Assembly: GCF_009914755.1 (NCBI RefSeq)
Contig: NC_060927.1
Direction: 5' to 3' (one strand)
DNA: 64,000 nt
Source of the DNA: the human T2T-CHM13v2.0 reference genome, Homo sapiens
Shown here: positions 62,085 to 64,000 of the stretch, piece by piece
Layout: the number at the start of each line of letters is the position of its first letter
How positions within the stretch are numbered: position 1 is the first letter of the stretch
The notes under the pieces: generated by a model
The model's database searches: none
The model's input: the letters and a program-made list of their open reading frames with translations, nothing else
Told to the model about the DNA's origin: nothing
Program-made: the position numbers and the translations under genes

Positions 62085-62300
62085 CTGCCTTGGAATTCCA
62101 GCTCTGACCCTGGCTGGCTCTGAAATCTCGTGGATGTCACTTAACTTCCTTGCCTCAGTTTCCTTGCTTACAAGATGAAGAGGGCAACAGCTCATAGCTC
62201 ACAGGATTGTGGTGAGGACAAAAGGGGAAAATGTATGTGAGACACTGAGCTCTGCATTCAGCCCACTGGGACTTCTCAATAAACCTGACCCATCATGACT
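62085..62300 (+). mobile_element. MIR
   Basis: gtcacttaactt...gcctcagtttcctt...caggattgtggtgagga. Confidence 0.7.
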
Positions 62301-62472
62301 ACTTTGGCATTTTCTGATACAGCTCCACTCTCCGTATGGATTTCGCCAGTCATTATGGGTTTCTTCCTTGTAATGGTTTTCTTGCCATCATTTTTTCATA
62401 TTTAAGCATTGTATTATAATAGAGAATAGAGATGAAGCATGCCCTTGTGCAGATTCTGATACTGTATGCTCC

Positions 62473-62861
62473 CTTATTAGTCAGCCAGGGCTGCTGTAAC
62501 CCAGTACAAGAGACTGGGTGGCTTGAACCACAGGCATTCATTAATATTTGCTCATGACTCTAGAAGCTGAAAGTCGAAGATCAAGGTATCCACAGGGTGG
62601 GTTTCTCCTGAGGCCCCTCTTTTTGGCCATCTTCCCTCTGTGTCATCACACGGTCTTCCCGTGTGGGTTTTTGTTAGAATCTCCTCTTCCTATTAGGATA
62701 CCAGTCACACTGGATTTGGGCCCATCCTAATGATCTCATTTTTAATTTAATTATCTCTTTAAAGTCCCTATCTCCAAATACAGTCACATTCCGAGTGAGG
62801 TACTGGGGGTGAGGGCTTCAGTGTATACATCATGGGGGGAGGACATAATTCAACCCACAAC
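62473..62861 (-). mobile_element. MLT1 (ERVL-MaLR) solo LTR
   Basis: tattagtcagccagggctgctgtaac...actgggtggcttgaa...tctccaaatacagtcacatt...aattcaacccacaaca. Confidence 0.8.
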
Positions 62862-62917
62862 AGCTCCTCACCTCCTGAAAGGACAAGCTAGGCCCCAAAT
62901 TAAGAATCAGTTATGCT

Positions 62918-63867
<950 letters not shown>

Positions 63868-64000
63868 CTAGACACTTATGTGTAGTGTCCTCCCAGTGCT
63901 GTAGTGAGCTCCTTGCTCTTCCCAGCCACCAGACCTGCAGAGGGGGCTGATGCCTACCAACTGCAATGTTCAACTAAGCTCTGTCCAATCGAGTCAGCAG

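Overview
Primate (human-type) genomic DNA with no protein-coding exon. The window lies inside FOXP1, transcribed on the minus strand. It holds one 130-nt spliced non-coding 5'UTR exon (46705-46834, canonical ttgcag| and |gtgagt), recognised from memory of the FOXP1 long-isoform mRNA leader; everything else is intron. About 29 Alu elements or fragments lie between 13.2 and 63.8 kb, along with MIR, L2 and L1 fragments, MER1A/MER1B/MER58/MER5-type DNA transposons, an MLT1 LTR and simple repeats. The ORFs in the supplied track appear to be chance or Alu-derived. I found no new coding system. The most unusual signals are: (1) a series of local templated duplication scars, several inserted into or bracketed by Alus and some with inverted junction fills; (2) a dense forkhead palindrome and RUNX-forkhead motif cluster inside this forkhead gene (55641-55828); (3) a chain of stop/start-overlapping uORFs in the 5'UTR exon; (4) a 13-kb Alu-free zone. 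Repeat subfamily calls and percent identities are by eye and approximate.
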